A stretch of 64,000 nucleotides of DNA from Azolla caroliniana (taxonomy: Eukaryota > Plantae > Polypodiophyta). Shown here one piece after another: positions 13,701 through 25,452 of this stretch. The stretch lies in NCBI GenBank assembly GCA_043228905.1, contig JBHGNT010000006.1:14260001-14324000 (forward strand). The letters run 5' to 3'. A model generated the notes under the pieces. It saw nothing but the letters and a program-made list of their open reading frames with translations. It ran no database searches and was not told where the DNA came from. Positions within the stretch are counted from its first letter, which is position 1, and the number at the start of each line of letters is the position of its first letter. The position numbers were made by a program, and so were the translations under genes.

Positions 13701-14068
13701 AAATGACTTAAAGCTACTAGTCGTTTACATCCCTTAGATATTCCCAACAACAAATGGGAAGGTATCTCGATGGATTTTATTGTTAGTTTACCTCGTACAC
13801 AGATGACCATGATGCCATTTGGGTTGTCATTGGCCGACTAACAAAATTGGCTAGGTTTATTCCTACAAAAACCACAATAACTGCTCAACAATTGGCTTAT
13901 CAATTTGTTGATGAGTTATTTCGTTTTTATGGATTATCTATGGATATTGTTAGTGATCGAGATTCCAAGTTTACTAGTGACTTTTGGAGTCAAGTCTTTA
14001 AGAAGCTAGAAACTACGTTGAACATGAGTTCCGTAAATCATCCTCAGTTTGATGGACAAATTGAATAA

Positions 14069-15719
14069 TGTCGTGAAAATCCATCACTATGTGTGGATCG
14101 TGAGGCAGAACCTCTGGGTTTATGGATGGGAAGGAAATAGGGCTCACACACACAACACAAGGAAGTCTTACACAAACAAGGCACGAGTATTCGAATGTGT
14201 TTGTGAAAAGTAGAGGTGCATGGGCAAGCCTGAATCAACCCCTAGTCACAAGGTGAACGAATGCACATGAGGAAGTCTTACACACGGACACACAAGGAAA
14301 AAGCTTACTTACACACATGAGAGACAAAGTTTCGAATGGTTTTGTGAAAAGAGAGGTGCATGGGCAAGCCCGAACGCTCCCTTGTTACAAGACACGCGAA
14401 CACACAAGCAAGGTTTACACACGAGAGATAGAATTTCAAACGCCTTTGTGAAAGGAGAGGTGCATGGGCAAGCCCGAAAGCTCCCTTGCCACAAGTCGCA
14501 CGATCACACAAGCAAGGTTTACACTAACACGCAAGACCGATTTCGAACACCTTTGTAAAAGGAGAGGTGCATGGGCAAGCTTGAACGCTCCCTTGCCACA
14601 AGTTGCACGAACACACAAGCAAGATTTACACTGACATGCAAGACACGAAAGTTTGAATGCCTTTGTTAAAGGAGAGGTGCATGGGCAAGCCCGAAACGCT
14701 CCCTTGTCACAAGACACACAAACAGGTAAGCACAAATGACAATAACATATAAGACACGTAAGTTTGAATGCCTTTGTGAAAGGAGAGGTGCATGGGCAAG
14801 CCCGAAATGCTCCCTTGTCACAAGACACACAAACAAATAAGCACAAATGACGATAACATATAAGACACGTAGGTTTGAATGCCTTTGTGAAAGGAGAGGT
14901 GCATGGGCAAGCCCGAAACGCTCCCTTGTCACAAGACACAAACAAATAAGCACAATCAAGATTTACACATAAGAAAAGTAGATGAAAGAAAACATTAGTT
15001 TATATCAACATAATAGATTCTTTTATAATATAAGAATCATGTTACAAGGGGTTGGATGCGAATATGAAGGTTTGTTTATAAAGGAATGGGGGAAGAGAGG
15101 TGGAGGAAAGAAGAGTGTGGAATATAGAAGGAGTTTCTTTGTTGATGATGCCCCTCGATGTTGTTGATCCTTCTTCTTCTGCTTTCCAATTGAGTAGAGC
15201 TTCCGCGTTCCTTCTCCCTCCCCCCCTTCTTCACTAGAATAGGCTCTTATTTATAGGTTTAGAATTGCTTGCCTTTTTCCCCTAAAAAAAGCTTGTTTAT
15301 ATAAGTCGACTTTTCTTTTCCTCACTATTTCTGTTTTCTAGCCCCAAATTTCACATGCAAGATATTCTTGGAAAGCTCTTTAGGTTAACTTTCTTATGCA
15401 TGTTTTCCTTTCTAATTTGGACATCTGACGAGGAAATTATGAGCTTTTTTCTCTACTATGCTCCTCATATCCACGTCGGCTTTTTTGTTTTTCTCTCCAT
15501 CTTTTTCTCTACTTTTGAAAACCGCCTCTAACTTAATATTCATCATTATTTATTGTAAGGTTTAATCCTTTGACCTTTTTTTTATAAGGAATTATCTTTG
15601 GCAAAATGAAAAATTATTTTTGATACCAATAAAGTTGACTTCACAATACTAGTTTATTTAAACTACTATTTTGCTTCTTTTCGAGGGTGGTTTCACACTG
15701 TGTTAGAAACATCACGACA
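14069..15719 (-). mobile_element. Solo LTR (1651 bp) inserted in the chromovirus integrase
   Basis: TGTCGTGA...TCACGACA termini; integrase reads QFDGQIE before and RVNQIIEDMLRAY after; decayed 4-bp TSD ATAA/ACGA; TATAAATA on minus strand near 15250. Confidence 0.8.
14200..14960. repeat. Tandem array of 7 units (~105-140 bp period), each with a conserved ~55-nt hairpin core
   Basis: Core TTTGTGAAAGGAGAGGTGCATGGGCAAGCCCGAAACGCTCCCTTGTCACAA at about 14201, 14341, 14445, 14552, 14662, 14773 and 14884. Confidence 0.9.
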
Positions 15720-16639
15720 ACGAGTTAATCAAATTATTGAGGATATGCTTCGAGCTTATGTACCAAAAACCTGTTCTAAGTGGGAGCAATACCTTCCTAT
15801 CTTAGAATTTTCCTATAATAGCTCTAAACATACATCCATTGGATATAGTCCTTTTATGTTGATGTATGGTTTTCAGTCACATGCCCCAGTCGATGTCACG
15901 ATTCATCGTGATACATTAGACAGTACACACATTTTTTTGCAAGACATGAACCAAACTTTACATGTTGCCAAAGAAAATGTCAAGACAGCTCAAGATTGTG
16001 CCCGATTTTATTCTAATTAGGATATACGTCCTTGTACATTTACTATTGGTGAAAATGTTTTTTTGCGTATCCCTACTGAGTCTACGTCATTGTCTACATG
16101 CAAGTGCCCTAAGTTAGCCCCATGATATTGTGGCCCATTTGAAATCCTTAAGCGAGTTGGGTCATCTGCTTATCACCTTGCCTTACCCCGTAACGTTGGT
16201 ATTCATCCTGTTTTTCACGTCAGTCGTCTAAAACCATTTTTAGGCTCTGGTGATAACACCATCACAATCTAGGATCTTGTAACATTAGAGGATTTTTCTT
16301 ACAAACCTCATGTTCCTGAACGAATTCTTGATTCTCGTACTAAACATTTACGTTCTATTGAGATTAAGCTATTCAAGATCAAATGGATGGATAAACCGAT
16401 TGATGTTGCCACATGGGAACACGATCATACTCTTAAGGCACAATTTCCTCACTTTATATTGCAAGAGTGCAATCTTTTAAAGTAGCGGAATATGTTATGT
16501 ACACATAACGTAGGTGAGGGTAGGTCACTAATATTTACATAAGTGAAGGGTATGTTCACTAATGTTAGAAAAAGGGAGTAATGTGATTGGATTGGAGGAA
16601 TGATAAGTGCATGCACTATCATGAATGGACAACCAAGCA

Positions 16640-19600
16640 ATTTTCTAATATTTTGATTGTATCCACATCTAAATATTCAAGAAACATACCAGAAATTATG
16701 TCATCCCTTTCAATCATCCCTGAAGTGCACAATGCATCCAACATCTTCCTGCTCCCTTTATTTTGTGCACGACTTTCCACACCAAAGTAATAGGTAAATC
16801 CATCCATTGTATTAGAGAAAGTATTGATTGTTTTATTAATTGGAAAACATTTTTGCAAGGAAAGAAAAGCTTTGGAACCATTGTGTCCCTGACCATCAAT
16901 GATCCTATTTAAAAATCCAACTCATAAGATGACATATCATGCTCACATGAGTTAATTTGTAATTCTTGTTTATTTCTATCATTCTCCCGCCTAACAGTAA
17001 GAAATTGAACACTTCTTTTACCATCGGTACTTCGAATCCTAGCATATGTCGAACCATCTTCAAGCACCTTCGTCTCCATCCTAGAAGATGTGATGTATGG
17101 TTGACCAAGAATCACTGGGTATGACGAGGTCTTTTGGATAAAGAAATGTTGCTCCATTAGCACATCTCCAATGGTGACTTTGATGTTTGGGCAAGCTCCA
17201 TGAAGTTGCTCGGTCGTTGAATTAGCCAACTTTACCCTCCACCCATGATTCGTTTCCATTGGCCATCCGCCTTTCCTATAAATATCATAAGAAATTAGAT
17301 TAATTTATGAGCCGAGGTCAATTAAGGCCACGACCGGATCTTCAAGGTTTTCAATCTTCACGGGTGTCTCAGTTGTTGCTCTTGTCCAATGTTTCTTAGC
17401 ATAGTAATTTTTTAGCTCTTTCGGCTTCTCTTCAAAAGTTTTGTCGTCGCAATAGCTTGTCTACCAACAATGGAAGAGCTTGGTTCACCTTTGAGAACTT
17501 CCACCGTTGCTTTCTTTACTTCACTTCCTGGGTTTTCGGTGGCTTCAATACTTTGTCGTTTTCTTTTAATTCCATCTATTATTGCATCATGAAATTCTTT
17601 TTTCGCTATGCCCAAAAGTTTCTTCAAGGAAAGTTCCACTTTGCTATCTAAAATTCTTTCTTCCAATACTTTTTTTAAATCAGTTGAAGCTTCAATATCA
17701 GATAATAATTTGAACGAGGGACTCTTCTTATCCTTACCTTTTTCAATGTCAGGGTTTACCATTTTTTGACTTTCTGTCTCCCTCTTTTTAGTGCTTCTTA
17801 GCTCCCTCTTCTTGTTATCTTCATTTTCCGCCCATTTCCGTTTCTCTTCGATGATCACTTCATGGACTTGGGTTGTTACAACCTTTACGAAAGCTGAGAG
17901 GCCATCCACTAGGTCTTCCCAACCAGTTTTGCTTCGGACAACATCACCTCCAGACTTCAACTTTTCAAACTCGATTTTACCCTTTCAAGCAGCTTTCAAA
18001 ATACACGACCAAAATTCAGATTCAGATCCTCCTTCACCAACATGGATGACTGTAGTTGTAGGTTGATAGACAACTTGTGTCCTAGTTATTTCCGCATCTT
18101 CGATGATCCTTCTCATACCACCTCTTCTAGAGTTAGTTCGGAGAGGTAATCGAGTTTTAGAAGAATGAATCTTACCATCTTTGGAGAATATCACCCCTCT
18201 TTCTATCACTTCTTGATAGTTATCACACCCTCATCTTGAATGGTCAACGCTATCACACCATATGCATCTTCTTTCATAATCTTTTTGGGGTTGTTAGGTT
18301 TTTTCTTCTTGTAGCTTTGCAACATGTAATGAAAGATTTTTTATAACTTTGATAAGATCGTCCATCATTGTTTCGGGTACCTTGGAAATAGTTGACGGAC
18401 TCCCATTATCCTCCCTGATGGTTGTCTTCACTATTGGGCTCTTTTGCTGATTTTGTTGCAAGCTTCATGTACTCAATTCCAATCAGACACTAGTCTAGTG
18501 GGTGAAGTCCAGTCTTCAAGGAATGCAACTAATTTTTCTCGATAGGATCATTCTAATGCCTTCAAGAACAATATGACCTTCTCTTGTTCCAAAAGAGTCC
18601 TTTCGATCGTTGTTAATTGATTATAATGAGCTTCAAACTGTTTCAACAACTCCATCACTGAAATCTTCTTGTCCTCTTTGTCCACCCAATCCAAGAAACT
18701 CTTCCTTGATGCTCGGACCACCAAGCATGTATTCATTTAATAAAGCTTGCTCAAATGCAACCCAATCATTAGACCTTGTTGCAAGTTCAGAGACTCTATT
18801 TCTCAAAGGGAGTTCAACCAAAATTCATTTGAACATCATGTTGATTTAATCCTTTACTACCCATCTCAGTAACATATACTTGTAAGAATTTAGTTATATT
18901 TTTACCTTCAAAGAGACCTATTTTCTCTACAAGCTTGTCAATAACATGATCGATTCGTTGAAGAGCAGTTGCACGTTCTTGGCTTTGGATCATTCTTTCA
19001 ATCATTTGAAGCACCACGCTGATTTGTGGCTCCACAACAACTTCTTGGTTGATTCGTGGCTCTGAGACTACTTGTTGGTTCTCCATCTCTCTTAACTTCC
19101 CGTTTCACGTCGGGTTCACCACTATCGCGTCGATCTCAGCCTACGAGAGCAAACGAAAAGAAAATCATGTATTCGGGAAGTAAGCACCGGGCTTCTTGTC
19201 AAAGAAAGAGGAGAAACAGAAATAACTTGTATTGATATTTGAAGATGATTACAAAATATTTCTTGTAAAATAATATAGCTTGTCCCTCCTATTACAATAA
19301 TATTCCTTGTCTCATGTTCCCCCCTTCACTCTTTTCCCTTTCCCTCTTTAAATAGGTGCCCCCATGCATATGATGCATGTGAGGGTACAAGATATGTATG
19401 TAGTGCATAAAATGCATGTGATGCATGATCGTCATTTGGCGTTCATGCATTACATGTGATGCATGATAGACATCCCACACATTTGAGCTTTCATGTATGA
19501 AAATATACATGGCATAAGTACAAACATTAAAATATAGCTTTAAGAGAACAAATGTCCTAGCCTAATGGTATGTGCCTTGTGTTTGGTATGTGAGGTCGTG

Positions 19601-19676
19601 GGTTCAAGTCTCTCGAATGTTATTCAATACAATATTTTAGTTTATTTTTCTATCGTGAAGCAAATCCTTCACGACA
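16640..19676 (-). mobile_element. Decayed tRNA-Trp-primed gypsy (5' LTR, gag-protease, start of pol), relative of 27267-34557
   Basis: PBS complement TTCACGTCGGGTTCACCA at 19104-19121; LTR 19123-19676 ending CTTCACGACA; peptides FEGKNITKFL, LEERILDSKVELSL, HGACPNIKV, VILGQPYIT homologous to the intact copy. Confidence 0.85.
19551..19620 (+). other. tRNA-like (Pro-like) Pol III A/B-box cassette inside the LTR, antisense to the element
   Basis: A box TAGCCTAATGG at 19558, B box GGTTCAAGTC at 19601 (43 nt apart); TGGTATG, TTTGG, GAGGTC and GAATG resemble plant tRNA-Pro; T-runs at 19635-19649. Confidence 0.6.
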
Positions 19677-19803
19677 CCTAAACCCTTACACACTCCTATT
19701 CATCGAGACCTCACACTTTATATAACCTTTTACAAACATTTGAATAAGCTCATATAAATTGGTAGAGGTTATTTTCTCAACATAGCATGGAAATGTCACG
19801 ACA
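19677..19803. repeat. Fragment of another LTR end
   Basis: Ends TGTCACGACA directly abutting the copia LTR repeats at 19804. Confidence 0.4.
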
Positions 19804-20000
19804 CCGGTGAGAACCGAAAGAGATCCGGAAACCGGAAGAGACCTGGTGAGAACCGGAAGATATCCGGAAACCGGAAGAGACCCGATGAGAACTGGAAGAG
19901 ATCCAGAAACCGGAAGAGACCCGGTGAGAACTGGAAGATATCCGGAAACAAGAAGAGACCCGGTGAGAACCGGAAGAGACCCGGTGAGAACCAGAAGAGA
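19804..20000 (+). repeat. CCGG-rich tandem repeats (18/21-bp subunits) in the copia LTR U3
   Basis: Repeated GAGAACCGGAAGAGACCCGGT and GATCCGGAAACCGGAAGA. Confidence 0.85.
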
Positions 20001-21519
20001 AGACATATCTGTAAATATGTTTTGAGTAAGCCTATTGAGGCTATATTTGTAAATAGACGTAATTTCATATAAGTATAAATATGACTTAGGGCAATCACTT
20101 TGTAGTTGTTGTGGTTGTCATATTGTTGTACAAAGAGAGAGACAAGGAGAGAGAGAGTGAGATACAGAGTGATATTCTGTTGTAATTGCCGGTTGGCGAA
20201 GATACAAAGCTTGAGGTTGTTGCCTCCGAGGCTCTGATTGTACCTTTCTCCTATAGTGAGAGCTGGAGTTCGTGGGCTCCTGTGGTTTTTTCCCATTTAG
20301 GGTTTTCCACGTAAACATCCTGTGTATTTCCTTTGTGTACTCTCCAGTTCCCATTTCTGTGTTTCATTCTTAGAGCAAACGATTCAAGACTCGGTTGTGG
20401 CTAAGCAATATTCCGCGTTCTTCTCTTCAATCTGGTATAAGAGCAAACAACACAGGAAATGGAAGAATCATTTGACGGCATGTTCAAGCTAACCGGCTCC
20501 AACTACTCAGTGTGGAAGACGAAGATGAGGGACATGCTGGTGGTTAAAGACTTTGGTTGCCGGTTCAATTCGGGGACAAGAGACCGGATAAGATAGACGC
20601 CACAATGTGGGAGGTGATGCACATGAAGACAACGGCCTACATCCGGTGATTCATCGACATGATCCTGTACAACAACTTCAATGAAGAGAGCAAGGCTCAT
20701 GAACTCTGGGAGAAGATCGCCATCATGTTCTAGAACAAGAATGCTATTAATCGGGTTTCGGTATTCCGGAAGCTAGTGAGGCTCCGGTACTAGGACGGCT
20801 CAAGTATGGCGGAACACATGAATTCCTTTGAGGGATTGATCCACCAGGCAACCTCATTCGAAGTACCTCTTGCCGATGAGGTACTCGGATTACTCCTGCT
20901 CGGTTCCCTCTCGGATAATAGGGAGACACTAGTTGCCACGTTGGGCAACGCCGGACCGGAAAGAAAGCAGTTGTCCGTAGCAAGGCTAAAATCAAGCCTG
21001 CTAGATGAAGAAGCTCGCCGGAAGGACCGGGAGTCCGGAACCAATCCGAAGGCCTTGGTCATGGAAGATGGCCACAACCGGGGAAGAGGCCGGTATCAGA
21101 GTCCCCAAAACCAGGACAAGTCGGGGACAAGGTCGAAGTCAAGGGGGAGGCCTACTTGCTTCTACTGTGGGAAACAGAGGCACTTCTAGAAGAACTGTCG
21201 GCATTTCTGGAAAGAGAAAGAAACCGGCACCACCGATCCGAAGAAGAGTTCAGACCAAAACGGTTTGAACCGGAGAGGCCCGGATAAGAAGGGAACATCG
21301 GCAATCGTGACAAGTGAAGAAGAACTTATGCTCATTATCGAAGAGAATGAGTTAAACCTTGTCGGCGACGAGACAACATGGGTTGTCGATTCTGAAGCGT
21401 CGTTCCACCTGACACTGTCATGAACAGTACTGAGACAGAGAAGGAATTAGTACTAAACGAAGGATTAGTACTATGAGAGGTGTGGAACTTCTTCGAGAGA
21501 AGGAAGAAGTGAGCGAGAC

Positions 21520-21568
<49 letters not shown>

Positions 21569-21786
21569 TGATAAGAAAGATATTTATTGTATGAAGAGAA
21601 TATACAACGGTGGCTAAAAGGCTTAAGACTGGCGTTGAACCAATTTGGTTCAACATAATGCCTAATGCCCTCTTTTATAGTGTTTTCAGGAGTAATCCTG
21701 AAGCTTCTAGAATGTTCCAGAGAAATCTGGAATATACACTAATTTCCTATAATAAAATGTAAATGAAAATAATATCCTACGTATTA

Positions 21787-21858
21787 CAATAGATGGTCTA
21801 ATGGTCAAGAGCTCGACCCATATAACCTAAGGTCATGGGTTCGAGTCTTGCCATATCA
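21787..21858 (+). other. tRNA-like Pol III A/B-box cassette in the 3' LTR (second copy 27034-27105)
   Basis: A box TGGTCTAATGG at 21794, B box GGTTCGAGTC at 21838 (44 nt apart, the tRNA spacing); AGGTCATGGGTTCGAGTC is T-arm-like. Confidence 0.65.
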
Positions 21859-24800
21859 TGACACTATCCTCCCTTTAAAACGACGAGTGTCACGAGTCGT
21901 CTTGGATTGAGGACCCGGTTTGTGTGGATATTGACGATGGAAGTCTTCAAGAAGAGCACGAGCATTGGTTACATTCTCGATCGGTTCCCAAGTACGTTCG
22001 CTGGGACTATAGCCTAGCCAATCGACTAGATAGTAGAGCTTGTTGCGAACAATCTTGGAATCAAGAATGGCGGCAACCTCGTACTCCGGCCCATCTTCAA
22101 GCTCGATCGGGGGTGGAGGTTGGATAAGACGTTCTGGGATGGTGCTCTCGTGGTAGGGTTCGAAGAGAGAACTATGAAACACCGGATGTATCCGAAGTTG
22201 AGGAGGTAGATCGAGACGAAAAGCAACATCATTAATCTTTCCAATAATACGGAAAGGACCTAATCGCCGATAATCCAACTTCTCACATGGGCGAGTAGTC
22301 TTGATGTGTCGTCGTAGCAACCACACCCGATCTCCAATATTAAAACTAGATGGAAGTCGATGACGATCCGCGTAGACCTTGTGTGTTTGTTGAGCTTGCT
22401 GGAGATGAGTAGATAGATCCGCTTGTATCTTGCGTAACCGCTCCAAACGATCCTCCGCGCACGGATTTGTGGACACCTCTGGGGTTTCAAGTACACTCCA
22501 CCGGGGGTGACATCCCGTATAAGCATAAAATGGCGTAACTTTAGTGGATGCGTGGATAGAGTTGTTATAGGCAAATTCGGCGAAGTGGAGAATATCTGCC
22601 CAGTCGTCCTGATGATAGCTGAGAAAGCACCGCAGATACTGCTCCAACGTTTGATTTGTTCGTTCAGCTTGGCCGTCAGTTTGTGGGTGGTAGCCGGAAG
22701 AGAGGTTACAAGTGACCTTGAGCATGTTAAAAAGGTGCTTCCAGAATTTTGACACGAACTGGGGTCCACGGTCGCTGATGATACTATCGGGGAGTCCATG
22801 ATGCCGACACACTTCACGCATGACAATTTCGGCAGTGTCTTCACTGGAGATCTCCTTAGTACATGGCAAGAAATGAGCCATCTTCGTATATCGATCGACC
22901 ACCGTTAGAATCGCATTGAACCCCTTAGAGACTGGAAGATCTGTGATGAAGTCTAGAGCAATGGATTGCCACGGCTTGCTTGGAATTGATAATGGTTCTA
23001 ATAAACCATATGGATGATGCCTTGGCATTTTCGCTCTGCAACATGTATCACAAGTCCGAACAAAATCCTCGACAAATTGTCGCATACAGGGCCACCAGAA
23101 TGATCGTTGTACTAAATGTAATGTTTTAGTACTACCAAAATGCCCAGCTGTATATGTGTCATGACAGTTTTGTACTACTCGAAGGCGGCAAGAACCATTA
23201 GGAACATACAAAAGTTCTTTAAAGAAGAGTAATCCATCATGGTATTTGAATTGCCGATAGTCCGTACCTGGTGGTTGCGACTGTGAACACGACGCTCGAG
23301 AGGGATCAATTTGTGCTAGTATAGCTTGGGCGAACGCATCTGTCTTCAAGTCTTCACGTATGGTATCGATAACGCGGGAATCCATAGGCATGTCAAAGAT
23401 TTGTGTTGCTTGTAATCGTGCCGGTCCCAAGATGACTTGTTTTTGGTTATCGAAAGCTGGCTCGCCGGGACGGGGTGCTAGATACGAACGCCGTGATAAT
23501 GCATCTGCCTTCCCTTGGTGCCTCCCCGGACGATATGTAATTTTGAAGTCGAAACGCGTGAGGAAGTGGGCCCACCGAGCTTGACGTCGATTCAACACAC
23601 GAGCATCCTGAAAGTAGGCAAGATTCTTGTGGTCACTAAATACGGTGACTGGATGAGAGGATCCCTCCAGAAAATGCCTCCATTGCATAAAAGAATCCAC
23701 TATTGCCAATAGCTCCTTATCATGGATTTCGTAGTTGATTTCGGCGGCATCAAACTTGCGTGAGTGAAAAGCCACAGGATGTAGCTTTTCATCATTCCCC
23801 TGTTGTGACAGAATGCTCCCCAATGCAAAATCCGATGCGTCAGCTTCGATAATGAATGGTTTCTCCGGATCGACATGAGCTAGAATTGGAGCCGATGTAA
23901 ATGCTTTTTTAAGACTCTCGAAAGCCATGTCCGTTTCTTCAGACCAGGTGAACGGTTGTCCCTTCCTGGTAAGTTGTGTGAGAGGTAGAACGATCTTTGA
24001 GTAATCCTGTATGAACTTCCGGTAAAAATTGGCAAAGCCTAAGAAGCATTGCACATCCCGTACCGAACGCGGAGTCTGCCATTCTACCACCGTTCTGACC
24101 TTAGCTGGGTCCATGGAGATGCCTTCTGACGAAATGATGTAGCCGAGAAATTCCACTTGGTTGCACCCGAAACTACATTTTTCTAGCTTTGCATACAGAC
24201 CATGTTCTCGAAGTCGTTTTAGTACTAATAGTACATGAGAATCATGCTCTTCTTGGGTCTTTGAATAAACCAGTAGATCATCCAAATAGATGATCAAACA
24301 ATCATCCAATAGATCTCGGAATATATCATTAGCCATGTGCTGGAAGACTGCCGATGCATTAGTGAGGCCGAACGGCATGACAGTATACTCGAAGTGCCCA
24401 TATCTGGTGCGAAACGCGGTCTTCCATTCGTCTCCTGGTCGGATCCGTACGAGGTTATATGCTCCCCGTAAGTCGATCTTCGTGAAGAACCTGGCACCAT
24501 TGATTTGTTCTAAAAGACTTGAGATAAGGGGAAGAGCATACCTATTCCTGATTGTAACCTTATTCAAGCCACGGTAATCTACAACGAGACGAAGCGATCC
24601 ATCTTTTTTCTTGACGAAGAAAATGGGCGCACCGGCTGGAGATTTCGAATGCCGAATGAAACCATTTTCCAAATTCTCCTCTATATAGGCCCGAAGGACT
24701 TCCAGCTCGGTTGGTGACAAATTGTAGATCGGTCCCCATGGCGGCTCTTTTCCCGGTTGTAAATCGATGGGGCAATCGTACGGTCGATGATGAGGAAGTG

Positions 24801-25452
24801 TGTTGGCTTGTACTTTATCGAACACATCGGTGTAATGGCGATACTTCTCGGGAAGTTGAACAATGGATTCTTCTTTAGTGGTGTTGGAGGGGTTTACTGA
24901 TATTGCAAAGAGAAACATTTCCTCCTTGTGCCCTTCTTTACGCAACTGACGTAGCGAAATGGTTGCCATCTTCTGAGTTGACCCTTGGGTTTGTCGACAC
25001 CGGATTTCTCTTGTTCTCCAATCTATGTCAGGGTTATGTAACTCGAACCACGGTAGTCCTAAAACTATAGGATGGTCTGGGATACTAATAATATTAAATG
25101 ATACTACACATACTAAGTTATCTAGGACAATATTAATGGGCTCTGACTCTTCTAGGATATTTCCAGAAGCAATGGGACGTCCATCAATGACTACTACAGA
25201 GGCTGGACACTGGAGTTTTCTTAGGGATATCTTATGAGCTTGAGCAAATTTCTTATCCATAAAGCAAGAGTTAGCTCCGGAATCTAGGAGTGCTAGGACA
25301 TGTACTGGAGGGGTACTTTTAGTACTAACTATTACTTGGGCTACGAACACATCACTAACTTGCTTAGAGGGAATGGAACCACTAATGGGCTGCACAGATC
25401 TAGGGCTGTCCAACCAAACGGCTCCTATTTTGGCTGGACTTAGTCGTTTAAC
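21856..25452 (-). CDS. pol: Pol (protease, RT, RNase H, integrase, chromodomain), entered by predicted -1 frameshift
   Basis: LLDSGA, YLDD, EADASD, ALDFITDLP, GPF, EYEVAAILDSK...YLVDWLGY...TWEP; frame stays open back over the gag stop. Confidence 0.93.
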   Translation of the reverse strand, partial: VKRLSPAKIGAVWLDSPRSVQPISGSIPSKQVSDVFVAQVIVSTKSTPPVHVLALLDSGANSCFMDKKFAQAHKISLRKLQCPASVVVIDGRPIASGNILEESEPINIVLDNLVCVVSFNIISIPDHPIVLGLPWFELHNPDIDWRTREIRCRQTQGSTQKMATISLRQLRKEGHKEEMFLFAISVNPSNTTKEESIVQLPEKYRHYTDVFDKVQANTLPHHRPYDCPIDLQPGKEPPWGPIYNLSPTELEVLRAYIEENLENGFIRHSKSPAGAPIFFVKKKDGSLRLVVDYRGLNKVTIRNRYALPLISSLLEQINGARFFTKIDLRGAYNLVRIRPGDEWKTAFRTRYGHFEYTVMPFGLTNASAVFQHMANDIFRDLLDDCLIIYLDDLLVYSKTQEEHDSHVLLVLKRLREHGLYAKLEKCSFGCNQVEFLGYIISSEGISMDPAKVRTVVEWQTPRSVRDVQCFLGFANFYRKFIQDYSKIVLPLTQLTRKGQPFTWSEETDMAFESLKKAFTSAPILAHVDPEKPFIIEADASDFALGSILSQQGNDEKLHPVAFHSRKFDAAEINYEIHDKELLAIVDSFMQWRHFLEGSSHPVTVFSDHKNLAYFQDARVLNRRQARWAHFLTRFDFKITYRPGRHQGKADALSRRSYLAPRPGEPAFDNQKQVILGPARLQATQIFDMPMDSRVIDTIREDLKTDAFAQAILAQIDPSRASCSQSQPPGTDYRQFKYHDGLLFFKELLYVPNGSCRLRVVQNCHDTYTAGHFGSTKTLHLVQRSFWWPCMRQFVEDFVRTCDTCCRAKMPRHHPYGLLEPLSIPSKPWQSIALDFITDLPVSKGFNAILTVVDRYTKMAHFLPCTKEISSEDTAEIVMREVCRHHGLPDSIISDRGPQFVSKFWKHLFNMLKVTCNLSSGYHPQTDGQAERTNQTLEQYLRCFLSYHQDDWADILHFAEFAYNNSIHASTKVTPFYAYTGCHPRWSVLETPEVSTNPCAEDRLERLRKIQADLSTHLQQAQQTHKVYADRHRLPSSFNIGDRVWLLRRHIKTTRPCEKLDYRRLGPFRIIGKINDVAFRLDLPPQLRIHPVFHSSLFEPYHESTIPERLIQPPPPIELEDGPEYEVAAILDSKIVRNKLYYLVDWLGYSPSERTWEPIENVTNARALLEDFHRQYPHKPGPQSKTTRDTRRFKGRIVS

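Larger units (their letters stand above)
10781..16640 (+). mobile_element. Highly decayed Ty3/gypsy chromovirus (gag remnant, RT, RH, INT, chromodomain-like tail)
   Basis: [48 protein letters not shown]-terminal PERILDSR...IKW...ATWE; 5' LTR end ACATTACA at 10956 and 3' LTR start TGTTATGT at 16493; outer boundaries approximate. Confidence 0.8.

Noticed and set aside
14200-14960. CRISPR-like repeat-spacer array
   Set aside because: Linkers are homologous to each other, there are no cas genes, and the array lies within a eukaryotic LTR
19686-20296. Repetitive ORFs (LPVSGS / RTGRDP / FRFSPG)
   Set aside because: Translations of U3 tandem repeats
21787-21858. Functional tRNA genes in LTRs
   Set aside because: No complete acceptor stem or canonical anticodon arm; only A/B boxes and T-arm-like sequence remain
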